Positions 1 to 11,440 of a DNA stretch of 43,819 nt are shown piece by piece (position 1 is the stretch's first letter; each line of letters begins with the position of its first letter). This DNA comes from Octopus bimaculoides (taxonomy: Eukaryota). The translations under genes and the position numbers were made by a program. The stretch is taken from NCBI RefSeq assembly GCF_001194135.2, contig NC_068990.1, positions 94,048,201 to 94,092,019 on the forward strand. The letters run 5' to 3'. The notes under the pieces were generated by a model. The model was not told the DNA's origin. It saw only the letters and a list, made by a program, of their open reading frames with translations, and ran no database searches.

Positions 1-117
1 AAGATAAAAAATAGTATATATATAAAATTAAAATTATTCATATATACATATTTACAGACATTCACACACATATACACACCCATACATATATATATATATA
101 CATATTTACAGACATTT

Positions 118-312
118 TGTTGGAAGGTCGTTGACTGTTCAGGAGTTCATCCGCCCTTTGACAGGTCTTATTTTTCGTCCTGCAGGGTGTCCAACAACAC
201 CCTCCTCACCAAGCAAGCCTGGTGGGGTTGCCAGTTTAGTCGCCGACGACCCGACCATGCAACAGGTTGTACTGGATTACATGTTACCAGTAGCACTGAA
301 GAGCGACCTGAC
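118..312. repeat. CpG-rich interspersed repeat fragment, family unassigned (possibly a retroposon 5' region)
   Basis: GC/CpG-rich island inside AT-rich DNA, ending abruptly at a (TA)n tract; overlapping ORFs are low-complexity run-through only. Confidence 0.3.
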
Positions 313-371
313 ATATATATATATATATATATATATACATACATACATACACACAAACACACTTGTGTGCC

Positions 372-570
372 TGTGTTTGTCCCCCCACCATCAATTGACA
401 ACTGATGTTGGTGTGTTTACATCCCTGTAACTTAGTGATTTGGCAATAGAGACCGATAGAATAAAGTACTAGGCTTGCAAAGAATAAGTTCTGGGGTCGA
501 TTTGTTCGACTAAAGGTGGTGCTCCAGCATGGCCACAGTCAAATGACTGCAACAAGTAAAAGAATAAGAG
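372..570 (+). mobile_element. SINE 3' half (octopus-type, tail ggtgctccagcatggcc...gactgcaacaagtaaaagaataaga)
   Basis: Shares the aagtact...ggggtcgat...ccagcatggcc tail with copies near 25440-25525, 27100-27240 and 38100-38215. Confidence 0.7.
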
Positions 571-1244
571 AATATATACGGTAGAACATTCTATGGGATG
601 GCAGCAAACTCTTCAACAAAAACTCCCTTTCTGATGACCTCCCAAATATCTAATCAAGAAAAGGGAGACAGTGAAACCCTTAAGCACTCAATACGCAACT
701 GAAAATTTCAACTTCTGTGGAGACTATATCTGTCCATTAAAGCATGACAATGTTGCTAAAACAATATACAATGCCATCCACAGAAAAATAACCCTGTTAT
801 TGAATACATAAATATCCACCTAAGGAATATTGGTGGAATATTCCTATCAAAACATTTACCTAGACCAAACACAACAGGTGATTTAATCATTTGGTATGGG
901 GGTGGGGAGGTCAGCTGTGAAAATTGGTGGGGAGAATATTTATGAAGTACTGCTTCAAAACCTGCTGCTTGTTTATCACAATTATAAATTCACGTTTATA
1001 ATTATCATACTAAAAATAATTACACATAACTATATTACTAAATGTTGAAGAAACAATCTGGAAAAGTGAAGATTTTCAGGCAAAGAAAGTGACCAAAGGA
1101 AGATAATAAAACTATGCAAGACTTATCATTTTTGTCATCTTAATTCCACAGCAGAGATTCGTTTCTTTGTTAGAAACCATCTCCTTCTTGCAAAAAGAAT
1201 GTAAACAATTAAAACAAGAATACTCACATATGCATGTGTAATAC

Positions 1245-1262
1245 ACACACTCACACACGTGT

Positions 1263-1305
<43 letters not shown>
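1245..1305. repeat. (CA)n/(GT)n microsatellite
   Basis: Directly visible. Confidence 0.95.
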
Positions 1306-1306
<1 letters not shown>

Positions 1307-3102
1307 GTATCAGGCTAACATCCAATGAAAACCTGCTGTAAAAATTACATTGTGAATGTCAGAGGAAAATTAAAAATTTTACCCTGCTTGCAAATTACAT
1401 GACACTTGGTAATTTGACTCATTAAACCCTATTGAAATCCATCGTTGGCCTAATCAGCATCACCAACACCACTGACAGCCTCATTATTTTCAAGAAAAAC
1501 TACCATTTAATATAAATAAACAAGAAAACTTCATCATGATTCTTTATAATAATTAACCTGAAAATATCCTTGATGAATTTTTTTTCTTTTTTTTTTTAAT
1601 GATAGAGAGAAAATAAAATGGAAAACAAGAAAAAGTAGGATGAGAAAGAAGAGAATTGAGAGGGCTAAGAATAAAGAGAGACATGAGAAAGAAAAGGGGA
1701 GAGAATGAAAGAAAGATAATATGAAAATGAGAGGTGGAGTATGGGATGAGATTTGTGGAGGGGGAGAGAGATTTGCCCCAAGAGGATTGCAGCAATAATG
1801 AGTGTTGAAGCTAATTTATACTGCAATTAAGTCATTTAGATTGGGAGTAGATCAAACAAAATTCATTGGATGAAAGAGGAACTCTATTGAACAAGGAAGT
1901 CTTGTTAATTCCAAACTTTGGTAAAAGTTTTAGAAGTTTTAATTATAATTATTCAGTAAGCAGGCTTCATGTTCCCACTCTGGGTTTTTTAAACAATACC
2001 AAAATTTAAAATTGAAATAATAAAACAAATGGTCTTTTTGAAATTTTCATCTGAGAAACAGATTCATTCAAACTTTAACTAAAACCACTTTTCAATTTTT
2101 CTGCTGTCAAAAAAATAAAAAGGGGAAAGGTGATTAGTTAAGTGTCTCCCTAACAACACAATCCATATTAAGGACACTTCAGGTGGAAAGCTGACAAGTC
2201 TATCTACATTGCCATAAAACTCGTCAATAAGCTATAACTAATCAATTAGCTCTTTATAATGAAAACTCTCATTACAGATATTAGTAACAATTTACTTTCT
2301 TGTTTAGGAAACCATTCTTGTATTACACACAGATGGAGAATTCGATAAATGATTTGCCCAGAAAAGTTAAAGTAAATATAACCACGGCATGATGCTTCAT
2401 AAACAATTACTTGTACACCTTTTCCTATTCAACAAAGAAAAAATATGTCACAACTCTCAAATGCTCACATGCAAGTACAGAAACACACACACACATTTAA
2501 TTAGAATCACATTTGTTTTAATGTTCACAATATATTAATCATTAATATCAGAAGAGAGAAGGGAAGAGGGGGGGGGGAGAAATAGCAACAAAGCATGGCT
2601 TCAATATCTACCTCATGTATCTTAGTTTAAAACTTCACCTTTTAAAGCAGCCACATATATTCAACATGTTTTATGTTCAAGCCAACCAGATCTGGCCTCT
2701 CACACCTATCTGTCAATGTCAATCTAAAACTAAACAACTATGTCATTCAAAAGTAAAAGCTATGAGATAATCTATGATTAAGTGAAAGCAATGTGAATCA
2801 ATAAGCTTTACATTTAAGAGATTAATCTGAATGCCAACATGATTAGAGAACCATTCCTCCATTTGTGTCCATCTGGCAAATGAAATACACACGACAATGT
2901 AAAGACTCCAAATTGCATGGAGCCTCTTTGTGGTTGATGGGTTTTACTAGAAAAATAACAATTATAATTCTCTCTGTCTCACATCACACCTTACTTTCTT
3001 TGTAATAAAAAGGAAGGATATATCAGAGGATGCCGTTTAAGATAAATTATTACAAACAACAACAAAAGATTTTTGTCAGAGGTCTGATTTTCTAGGTCTT
3101 AC

Positions 3103-3180
3103 CTGGAACCAAACAAGAGACACAACAACTATGCAGAACAGTTGTATTTGTCGAAATTTGCACTCTCATCCAACCCAACC
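3103..3180 (-). other. Candidate internal exon (78 nt) of a minus-strand gene
   Basis: Acceptor gagttttcgcatgtttatag|, donor CAG|gtaaga; one open frame (phase 1-1) LGWMRVQISTNTTVLHSCCVSCLVP. Confidence 0.4.
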
Positions 3181-3459
3181 CTATAAACATGCGAAAACTC
3201 ATTGGAAAATACAAAGGAAGGGACGTAACTGTTTAGAAGTTAACAGAAGGGGTGGAGAGCACAAAAGAAAAAGAAATTAATGAATTTTAAGGGGGACATG
3301 TCTGATGATGACATCAACAATAACTGATAATGCTGACAACAGAAATCAGAAACATTAAACCATTTCAGATTTGATATTTATCCATCAAGAATTACAGAAT
3401 TGTCATCAATACATCTGAAAAGCCACAAGGCACTATTTACAGATCACGCTCTCCTTTAA

Positions 3460-3644
3460 CCCTTTTCATACCAACCTGACTGAGACCCCAGTCTCCTTCT
3501 ATGATACAAACTTCATGTTTAAAAGTGATTTAAATTAAAACTTTCTATCAAAATTTTTATTAAATTATTCATTACTTTCAAAATTAATTGAAAAAAAAAA
3601 AAAGGCAATATATTTCAAAACAGATAAAAATGGTAACAAAAGGG
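3460..3644. mobile_element. piggyBac-like MITE, family C copy 1
   Basis: ttaa|ccctttt(c)atacc ... ggtaacaaaaggg|ttca imperfect terminal inverted repeats; body shared with 12131, 20825 and 35173. Confidence 0.65.
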
Positions 3645-3869
3645 TTCAAGAGAAAGTAATTTTCTACCAAGCGCCTGATTTTGAGAAAAGAGTATTTTGC
3701 CCATCCCTATGTCTGTGGATCAGCTTGTGAAAGAAGAGTTTTTGAAATAATTCGAAATTCCTGAAAAACTGAGGAAGCAATCCAATAACAATGTATTTCT
3801 TTTACAACTGGGGAAGATACCAATTTTTACAGCAAGATACCTGTTTCTGTCTCTCCATCACACTTTAAC

Positions 3870-4110
3870 TGTTCATTACTGGGCAGAAAGCTGCCTCCTT
3901 CAATTTGGTGGCCTCACTGGTACTCCATATCATATAAAGAGCACCCAGTACACTCTGAAGTGTTCAGCATTTGGAAGGACATCTACCTGTAGAAACCATG
4001 CCAAAGCTGACACTGGAGCATGACAGCACAGTACCTTGGCCTTGCCATCTCATGAGAAACCCATCCAACCCATGCCAGCAGGGAAAACAGACATTGAATA
4101 TTGATGATTT
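3870..4110 (+). mobile_element. RTE-associated 3' tail repeat (family B)
   Basis: ccaacccatgccagca..gaaaacagaca motif shared with about 10 other copies in the window. Confidence 0.65.
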
Positions 4111-4137
4111 CTGGTTATTTTGGATTCACTACTCTAA

Positions 4138-4350
4138 GGCAGTGAGCTGGCAGAGTTGGTAGCATGTTGGACAAAATGCTTAGCAGGATTTCTTTCAGCT
4201 TTTTGTATTCTGAATTCAAATACTGCTGTGGTCAACTTTGCTTTACATCATTTTAAGGTTGATAAAATGAGATACCAGTCAAATACTGGGTTCCATGTAA
4301 TCAACCTGTCCTACCTCTCAATATCTCTGGCCTTGTGCCAAAGTGTATCT
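4138..4350 (+). mobile_element. tRNA-derived SINE
   Basis: Head aggcagtgagctggcagag (A-box-like) and ctgaattcaaatact (B-box-like), conserved body and gccttgtgcc tail. Confidence 0.75.
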
Positions 4351-4610
4351 GATTAAAATCAATACTAATCTATATCCTACTTCTGTAATAACTAATCAAG
4401 GTTGGCTGACTGACCTTGTCACTGGGTATTCTATTTCTTCTCATCACAACTGTAATACAAAATCATAAGTGTGCAGTTAAGATTTTAGCTTCACAAACAC
4501 ATGGTTCTAGGTTCTCTTCACTATATCTGAGGAGTTCCTGCTGTAGCCCTGGTTTTGTCAATATCTTATTTGGTAGAAGGAAACTATGAAATTGTGTGGA
4601 AGTTCAACAA

Positions 4611-4644
<34 letters not shown>

Positions 4645-4662
4645 NNNNNNNNNNTTCAACAA

Positions 4663-4718
<56 letters not shown>
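4611..4718. repeat. (GT)n(GA)n microsatellite duplicated across a 10-N gap
   Basis: ttcaacaagtgtgtgtgtgagaga occurs on both sides of the Ns; probable assembly overlap. Confidence 0.85.
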
Positions 4719-4720
<2 letters not shown>

Positions 4721-5974
4721 CAGTGTAAATTAGTATGTTGAATTGTGTCCCTTTCAGCCAAATATGTAACTTGATAAAAAGAGATTGATAAAATAAGACT
4801 GAAAGAAGCACTGGAGTCAATAAACGATTGACTAAAAATGCCTTAAGCCTGTGGTGACTCAGTATGGCTACATTCCAATAAGTGAAACCAGAGAGAAAAA
4901 AGAAGGAAAAAAAAAGAGGAATAATATCAGACAAAATTAATTTTCAGTAAGATATTAGTCATTAATTATGTATGGCTATAGACAATTTACCACTCATTCA
5001 TAGAACTCTAGAACATCACTATATCTTGAAAGCACACCAAGTACAGCGTGTTTGAGCTAAATTCGAGAGTTTGCAGCAAAAGCAGAAGAAAACACAATAT
5101 CTCATCCAAAAATAAAAGTATTTGAAAAAGTTTACAAATACCAGTAAGATTATGGCTAGGAGATAATTTATTCCAAAGAGCTACCCACAGTTTCCACCAC
5201 AGCCTCAATTGGGGTGTGCATGTCTCCAAAATATAACATCCAGTATGGCCTATTTGTTATTGAAGAGTGGTCGGGACAGCTTACCATGCATTAAGTATAA
5301 TAACAGTAGAGATGGGTGGAATGTGTCCATAAATCTCTTCTTTGGTCTTGGATGTAAGACTCAGAGCATTCACCTACATATTTGTTCTTTCTTAGAGAAT
5401 GCCACTAAGCCATTATCAACTTCAGATGAGTTTAAATTGTGAAGATACCAAGTCAAATGTTAAAATACAACTATAAACATATTATATTGCAATTCATATT
5501 ATAACAAATTGTAACAATTTGTCCCAAAACATTTTGCAGTTAAAATAGATATTTGTTTCAAAAATTTGTGCATGATTTGAAGAACACTGAGGCCCTTGCT
5601 CACACAGACCATAGAAATACTGTTATAAGATGTCCAGTATAAAGATATGATATTTGATAGAAGCTTATGAAACATTTAAGTCCATTTTTTTTCAAAGCAT
5701 TGAAATAACTAAGCAAAAGTTCCTTGATGGAGATTTTACAGTTTGTAATTACAAAACCACAAGTGTAACTGGCTCCTTTTGAGATAAACGAGTTCAGCAG
5801 AGTATCCTGGCCTTTATTCAGGTGAGATAGAAAAAGAAAAGAAGGAAGGAGTAGAGATGTTACCAGAACAAAAAGTTAGCTTTTAATAACTGAAGCTGAA
5901 AATTCTACATTTTTTAGATAAGTACAGAATACAAGTTGGGCTGAATCATTTGGCTACAAGTCAAAATGGGGATG

Positions 5975-6030
5975 TTGCTGCTGCTGCTGCTGCTGCTGCT
6001 GGTGGTGGTGGTGGTGCTGGTGGTGGTGGC
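5975..6030. repeat. (GCT)n(GGT)n compound trinucleotide repeat
   Basis: Directly visible. Confidence 0.9.
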
Positions 6031-6205
6031 TAAAACGGCAACAATTCTGCCAGTCACAGCAATGGCAGTAAGAACAAAATGTTTTCAATGATGAATGATA
6101 GAGCTTTCAGAAAACATATCCATGTGTTGCAAACAGATACATAAATTGCATTGAAGATGGCCAATGATGGTATGTGCATTTAATCAAGATATCACTAACT
6201 GTCAG

Positions 6206-6207
<2 letters not shown>

Positions 6208-6239
<32 letters not shown>

Positions 6240-6242
6240 GTG

Positions 6243-6290
<48 letters not shown>

Positions 6291-6300
6291 AGAGAGAAAG
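6208..6300. repeat. (GT)n and (GA)n microsatellites
   Basis: Directly visible. Confidence 0.95.
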
Positions 6301-7079
6301 AGAGAATACACTTGAAGAAATACTATAAATTTGAAGTCTATAAAATTTGTCTAAGAAAGAACAGCCAAGTTTTAAACAACATTCTAGAGAAAGAGAAAGT
6401 GTGTGTGAGAGACAGAGAGAGAGTATCTAAGGAAACAAAATTAAAAGAAAGCAAACTCGGCAGCCTTTAAATGAATAAATAAACAAAGAAAGATAGAACT
6501 AGTAAAGAGAATATTTGGTAAGTTCTTCCCAGCAGTTATGCTCACATAACCTAGTTACTAAGACAGCAGCAGCTACAGTTGTTGTTGTTGTTAGTGTAGT
6601 GGTGGTGGTGGTGGATAAGTTCAATTCCAGTTTCCAGCAATGATTCCATTTTGTTTGTGCTGCCTGTTACTACAGTGTATAGCCAAGCAGCCATAATAGC
6701 AGTTGGCTAAGTTAATTATTCAGACATTAAATCTCTAATTAAAGCTTTGTATTACTCAGGTGAGACCTACTTACTAATAGACAACACTGTTTATGTTTTG
6801 TTTCATTCATTCACTTGTTTGTTGGAAGTTTTTCTTTGGCAACTTTACATTTTCGTTTCGTTAGTACAGTTTGAAATAATCCTGTTAAATTTGAACATTT
6901 GTTGTACTTGAACCATTCAAGTACAAGGTATTTTTAAAGTCTGATATACTTTACTAAACCAATTACTCAAGTGTACAGTAAAAGCTATACAATTTGAAAA
7001 AGTCCTCTCAAATTTGAACATTTGTTGTAATTTGAATTCTTGAGAGTACAAGCATATCTAAAACCCAGATGTATTTTAC

Positions 7080-7625
7080 TATCCACCACACTAACTCTTT
7101 TTCTACAGCCACCAGACAAATAAAAATTGTTTGCCCCTCTCGGCCAAAGGAGGGCAGCCGGGCAATCCTCACTATGGATTCAGCTGATAGCTGGATCCAT
7201 GTCACATGCGCCAGCAGATGTTCAACATAAACCCACAGGTCAACAACACTTGAGCACTAGACATGTGCATACAGAACAGTTTTGTCACTCTGCACACACT
7301 TTGGGCAGGCCTAGTTGATGGCACTTCTGTACCTGTAAAGTTTATCCCAAATGGACAGTGCCCCTTGGTAGCACTGCCAGTCCAGGGATTTCTGGAAATT
7401 TTCCATAGGTCCCAGCCCAAAAGTCTTCCAGAAAAGAACAGTAAGTTGATCCTTGTTGATGCTCAGAGCTTCCCCGAGATCATTGCACTTTTCCTCCACT
7501 AAGCCTCTATAGAACATTAGAGTGGAACTCCCACTGACCGCATTGCCCAACTGGCAGAGGGCTGTGAGTGCTTGACTGCACTCGAGGTGCCAAGCACCCC
7601 TCCTTGGTGTATACCTAATCAGTCA
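7080..7625 (-). mobile_element. L1/Tx1-clade LINE ORF2 C-terminal fragment (zf-RVT-like), degenerate
   Basis: Minus-strand translation WQCYQGALSIWDKLYRYRSAIN*ACPKCVQSDKTVLYAHV*CSSVVDLWVYVEHLL...LSAESIVRIARLP fits the CxxC..H..C zinc-binding tail of L1/Tx1 ORF2; contains in-frame stops. Confidence 0.7.
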
Positions 7626-7639
7626 AAGAAACCAACTAT

Positions 7640-8232
7640 GGGAGAGTGAAAATGTCATGACAATGTGGCAAGAATGATCCATTGGGAGCTCCATGGAAAT
7701 CACGGCCTACAAAGAGCAAAGACGTGGTATGAACAAACCCGAGAAGGAGTCACCGAGAATGAGAATTGCAAAATCGTGTGGGGTGCAATGATCCAGTGTG
7801 ATCACCTGACCAGACATAGGAAACCGGACATAGTTGAGGTGAATAAAAAAGAATATGCATGACAATCGACATAGCATGCCCCGGTGACAACAGGATCAAT
7901 GTGAAAGAAGAAGAAAAAATAAACAACTATGACTATATGAAGTGGGAAATAGAAAGGTTGTGGTCAATGAAGAGAGTAGACATGATACTAATGGTAATTG
8001 GTGCACTTGGAAGTATCAGCATTCAACTACCAAGAAAAGACTGGTGCAAGTGTGAAGGTAGAACACCTAAAAGAAATCAGCCTTGCTTGGAACTGCAAGA
8101 ATTCTTGGCAGGGTTCTTGAAGCATGACCAGTAAACAAGGGTCACCTTGGTCTACTGGCTGTGGACAGCTGACATTTACCATCATACCAAGCAAAATAAG
8201 CTGTGAGTTTTCATCACATAATAATAATAATA
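7640..8232 (+). mobile_element. R4/Dong-like (restriction-like endonuclease) non-LTR retrotransposon, 5'-truncated copy 1
   Basis: Translation HDNVARMIHWEL...KIVWGAMIQCDHLTRHRKPDIVEVNK / IDIACPGDNRINVKEEEKINNY...MVIGALGS shows the PD..D..K REL motif; frameshift near 7860; (TAA)n tail. Confidence 0.85.
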
Positions 8233-8344
8233 AGGGTTTCTTTTATTGGCCTCAAGCGTCCAAGTCATGGTGTACAATATCGATGGTCAAGTTACAGCAC
8301 ACAAAAACAAAACAAAAACTACAATAATAATCCTTTCTTCTATT

Positions 8345-8480
8345 TTTAGGCACAAGATGTGAAATTTGAAAGGGGGGGGGGGACAAGTTGATGACATCGA
8401 CCCCGGTATTTATTTCATCGATTCCGAAAGGATGAAAGGCAAAGTTGACCTTGGCAAAATTTGAACTAGGAACATAAGAA
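8345..8480 (-). mobile_element. tRNA-derived SINE, partial
   Basis: ggatgaaaggcaaagttgaccttggc..aatttgaac is the reverse complement of the SINE body. Confidence 0.7.
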
Positions 8481-8619
8481 TAATAAAGAATAACAACAAG
8501 CTTATTGTATGTGGTGCAACTGATCAGAAAAAGTTAAAAGAAGGAACAGAAAGTGGCAGAAAGTAAAGAAAGGCAACAATGAAATCTCAAAGTGCATCCA
8601 CCAATACCCAGGATAAAAG

Positions 8620-8890
8620 GTAGAAAAGGGAAGAGTGAAAGATGTTAGAAAGAAGAAAGGTTACCTGGGCAAGTCAGGTGTCGTTTTGGTAAATTGAAGG
8701 GGGAAAAATGGAACTGTTGAAGGATGCATTAGTGTCGTGACAGCCAAAAGTTGATACAAGTAGTTTGCTTTATGATTTGACAAGATGTGTGAAAAAGTAT
8801 TTCTCAAAGTCTTGTGTTGTTTTGATTTTCTAAGCAGTAGAGATGTTAAATTGAAAAAAGTTGTTATTCTTGAAAAATGTAAAGGTATAT
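8620..8890 (-). mobile_element. CR1-like LINE 3' fragment, degenerate
   Basis: Minus translation EKYFFTHLVKS*SKLLVSTFGCHDTNASF resembles the CR1 ORF2 terminal motif FFT.RVV..WN.LP. Confidence 0.5.
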
Positions 8891-9199
8891 GAAATAGGTT
8901 AGAACAAAAGGGATGTAATTAAAATTAGGTTCAACAACAAAGGGAGATGTGAAATCCAATTTCACTTCCCTGAATTACTAAAATATATAAATGCTATAAA
9001 AATAAGCAAATTAAGAGCAAACATTATTCTAGAATTTTTATTATTCATTCACTTATTTCTTTATTTATATTTCCAAAATGGATTCTATAAATTTTGAACA
9101 TTGGAGATTTAGACTGGAGAAAAAGAAAAACAGAAAAACCTCACCCCTTTACTAACAACACATATAACGCTTCATCTTGAGGAAATGTAATTTCTTACT

Positions 9200-9530
9200 A
9201 TTTCTACAGAGTATCAGGTTTTGTGTAAGAGACAAAACACCCATGCTTCCAGAAATGAATTATTCAAACCCCAAAGACTTCCTCTCAACACATGGCTATG
9301 ATGCTCCCCCACTACTTCTGCTTGTAATCAGAAATGCACATATCGTCGGCCACTAAGGGACATGCTCAACTGGTTATGGTCAAGCAACTGACAAGCCAAT
9401 CTGTGGTATTGAGCAGAATATTTGCTGTAACCCATCTTTTATACCAAGACAAAACAATGTACATGGTAACACTTCCAATCAATTAAGATAAGAAGCCATA
9501 AGAGCCACTGCATGGTATTGCATCAGGGCA

Positions 9531-9565
<35 letters not shown>
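9200..9565 (+). mobile_element. Retroposon 3' end with (ATT)n tail, family unassigned
   Basis: GC-richer block ending directly in a long (att)n run. Confidence 0.45.
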
Positions 9566-9574
9566 GCACACAAG

Positions 9575-9755
9575 GCAGCAGTGAGCAGGCAGAATCATTA
9601 GCATGCCAAACAAAATTCTTCGCAGTATCTTGTCCATCTTTACAGTCTGGGTTCAAATTCCCCTGAGGTTGACTTTGCCTATCATCTTTTTGGGGTTGGT
9701 AAAGTGCCAGTTGAGCAATGGGGTAATCAACTTGCCTCTCCCCTTAAAATTGCTA
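9575..9755 (+). mobile_element. tRNA-derived SINE
   Basis: aggcagcagtgagcaggcagaatc head and gggttcaaattcc B-box. Confidence 0.75.
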
Positions 9756-10143
9756 GAGAAATAGAAATCTGATGACTGCTTTAAAAAATAATTTCTAATG
9801 AACATCCACCTATTTTGAAAGTATTCATTTCTTTTGGTAAATCAACAAAAGTGGAATCAGGTTTTTACATTCCCCATTATTGCTGTCACCAATTTTAATT
9901 ATGTAACTTTCCAATGCTTTTATCATAGAAATTATCAATGACAAATATTTCAATCAAGTTAAAAGGGCCAAGAAACAAGGATTCATGAAATAAAAATCAG
10001 AACAGGTTCCTTGTAGTTCAACAGAGTTAATCAATGGAGATTCACACCATTACAATAACATGAAATATATGAAGTCATCAGAGAAATTGTCAAGCATTTT
10101 CAGCAAAAATATTCTCACTGACAAGTTAATATTTTGTAGTTAC

Positions 10144-10229
10144 CTTAGGTTCACATAGAACTGAAGCCATTGATAATGTGACTATTTACAAGTAGAATAA
10201 CAGAAATACTTATGTACCAAATTATAAAT
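10144..10229 (-). other. Candidate exon (86 nt) containing a possible start ATG (10170; MASVLCEPK, phase-0 end)
   Basis: Acceptor cattctttcag|, donor AAG|gtaact; all three read-through frames are closed, but ATG GCT TCA GTT CTA TGT GAA CCT AAG is open to the donor. Confidence 0.45.
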
Positions 10230-11309
10230 CTGAAAGAATGTCACCAATCATTACATTGGCCACAATCTTAATCCTCCAACTAAAGAAAACACACAAATCT
10301 TCAAATGCCAAATGCAATTCTATGTAACGTGTCAGTAAAAAGGACAACTCCAATTAATGTACTTGTGGACTAATTTTATGCAATACATGTCTAATGTGTC
10401 TCTATGCAAAGTACATCAGTATTAATGCTATAAAATACTAATAAATGACTATTTATTATTAAAGTTTACATCGTTACTTAAAAAAAAAGAAACAGTTATG
10501 GCGGATGACGGAAATAAAATCTCATGATTTTATGAAATTGTAAACCAAATGGCACTTGCTTTTGAGAGTGCGTTCTTCCAGAAGTTCTGGACTTAAAATC
10601 CATTTTATTTACAAATTTGTTATTTTGTAAACAGGGTGGGAATGACTGGTTTGGATGATTTATTGTGTAAGAGTTTACATTTTATAAGAAATTATTTCAG
10701 TAATTAAAATTTTGTTGATCTTTAAATGATTACAGAAAGGGCAGGGCTGAGTAATTTATGGGATACCATCACAACGCGAGAGTATAAAATTCTCAGCTAT
10801 GTGCTATGCATGGCCATGAGGGAGCAATAGGTGCTTCTGTTGAGTAGCAGCCAGATAAGGAGTGGCGATGGGAGATCTGATTGAGGATTGTGGTACAGAT
10901 TGTGGCAGACAGGGGTTTTGTCTGAGACTGCCCTTGGTTGTAAGAGACCAACCAGAAGTGGGTGTCATACAACCAAAGGTGGCCTAAAGTGGTTTGGTAT
11001 AAGAGTTGGGAGAATCATTGGCATGCTAATGATTCTCCCAGCTCACTACCTTAATGGTGATGGTGATGGTATAGCTGTTGTTGTTTAGTTCTCAGTTAAA
11101 GATAATTTCTGGAGAAATATATCCATCAGATATCGTGGTAGTTCAGGAAAATAGCCATCCATTTTATTAACCCTGCAAACTGAAAATCTTTATTGTCTCT
11201 CTTCATTGGTTTTCCAGTCAAGTTTTTCTCTAGTAATTATTACTTGTTAATTTCCACCTTATAATGTTAAACTATATCATTGATAAGCAAAGTAATCATA
11301 TGAAATCTT

Positions 11310-11440
11310 TTAAAATCCGTTTTCCATGCTGGCATGGGTTGGACGATTTGACAGGGGATGGCTAGGCAGAAGACTGCACCAGGCTTCACTGTTTAGACAG
11401 GGTTTTTACGGTTGGATGGCCTTCCTAACACCAAACACCT
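11310..11440 (-). mobile_element. RTE-associated 3' tail repeat (family B)
   Basis: ttttccatgctggcatgggttggacg motif. Confidence 0.7.

Noticed and set aside
3127-3135. A single TAG in an alternative frame of the 3103-3180 exon that A-to-I editing could recode to Trp
   Set aside because: Pure speculation; no editing-complementary structure was identified and the exon itself is unverified
4138-4225. tRNA-like A/B boxes here and in many other places
   Set aside because: No cloverleaf; they continue into the shared SINE body, so they are SINE heads and not tRNA genes
4611-4718. Apparent tandem duplication around 10 Ns
   Set aside because: Typical contig-overlap artefact at a microsatellite
4985-5600. 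Possible decayed Tc1/mariner remnant
   Set aside because: Only vague motif resemblance; no TIRs or catalytic motif could be established
5975-6050. Possible poly-P/H/Q coding exon on the minus strand after ccgttttag
   Set aside because: Frames close quickly or have no convincing donor; an ordinary trinucleotide repeat
9053-9113. Minus-strand candidate exon SKSPMFKIYRIHFGNINKEI that would link 10144 to 3180 in frame
   Set aside because: The acceptor is strong but the donor (TAA|gtgaat) is mediocre and the sequence is very AT-rich; likely chance
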